From Botryllus schlosseri (taxonomy: Eukaryota), in assembly GCA_051294905.1 (NCBI GenBank), contig CM119371.1, positions 38,316,001 to 38,380,000 on the forward strand: 64,000 nt of DNA, read 5' to 3'. Position 1 is the stretch's first letter, and every line of letters begins with the position of its first letter. Both the position numbers and the translations under genes were made by a program. The notes under the pieces were generated by a model. The model was not told the DNA's origin, searched no databases, and was given only the letters and a program-made list of their open reading frames with translations. This document shows positions 63,920 to 64,000 of the stretch, in pieces.

Positions 63920-64000
63920 GTTCAGGTACTTCGAATTGAGAGAAACGAGAATCCGCACGAGTACCATCTGTAATCCGAAATCTGTTCAAAATCTCTTCCC

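Overview
This is AT-rich eukaryotic (metazoan) genomic DNA. Short GT-AG introns, TTAGGG-type repeats and the transposon/SINE content point to a marine invertebrate, possibly an ascidian (inference). The window is a tandem segmental array with a period of about 21-23 kb. Each of the three complete units carries one intact six-exon gene on the minus strand (8256-17249, 29718-37730, 52959-55891; 236, 232 and 229 aa). I rebuilt these genes by hand from splice sites with matching exon phases; the ORF track shows only fragments of them. The proteins are secreted: signal peptide, short variable linker, amphipathic helix, Thr-rich stalk, then a very acidic, non-canonical C-type lectin-like domain with no EPN/QPD, no WND and no inner disulfide. 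Gene 2 is mosaic: its 5' half resembles gene 3 and its 3' half resembles gene 1. Remnants of a fourth unit begin at about 60 kb. Introns and spacers are filled with non-autonomous DNA transposons: many hAT MITEs with 8-bp TSDs nested up to three deep, a Chapaev3-like relic, foldback elements and a MITE built from telomere-like repeats. tRNA-derived SINEs and a LINE 3' fragment are also present. Nearly all other ORFs in the track are spurious. There are no true tRNA or rRNA genes and no CRISPR arrays.
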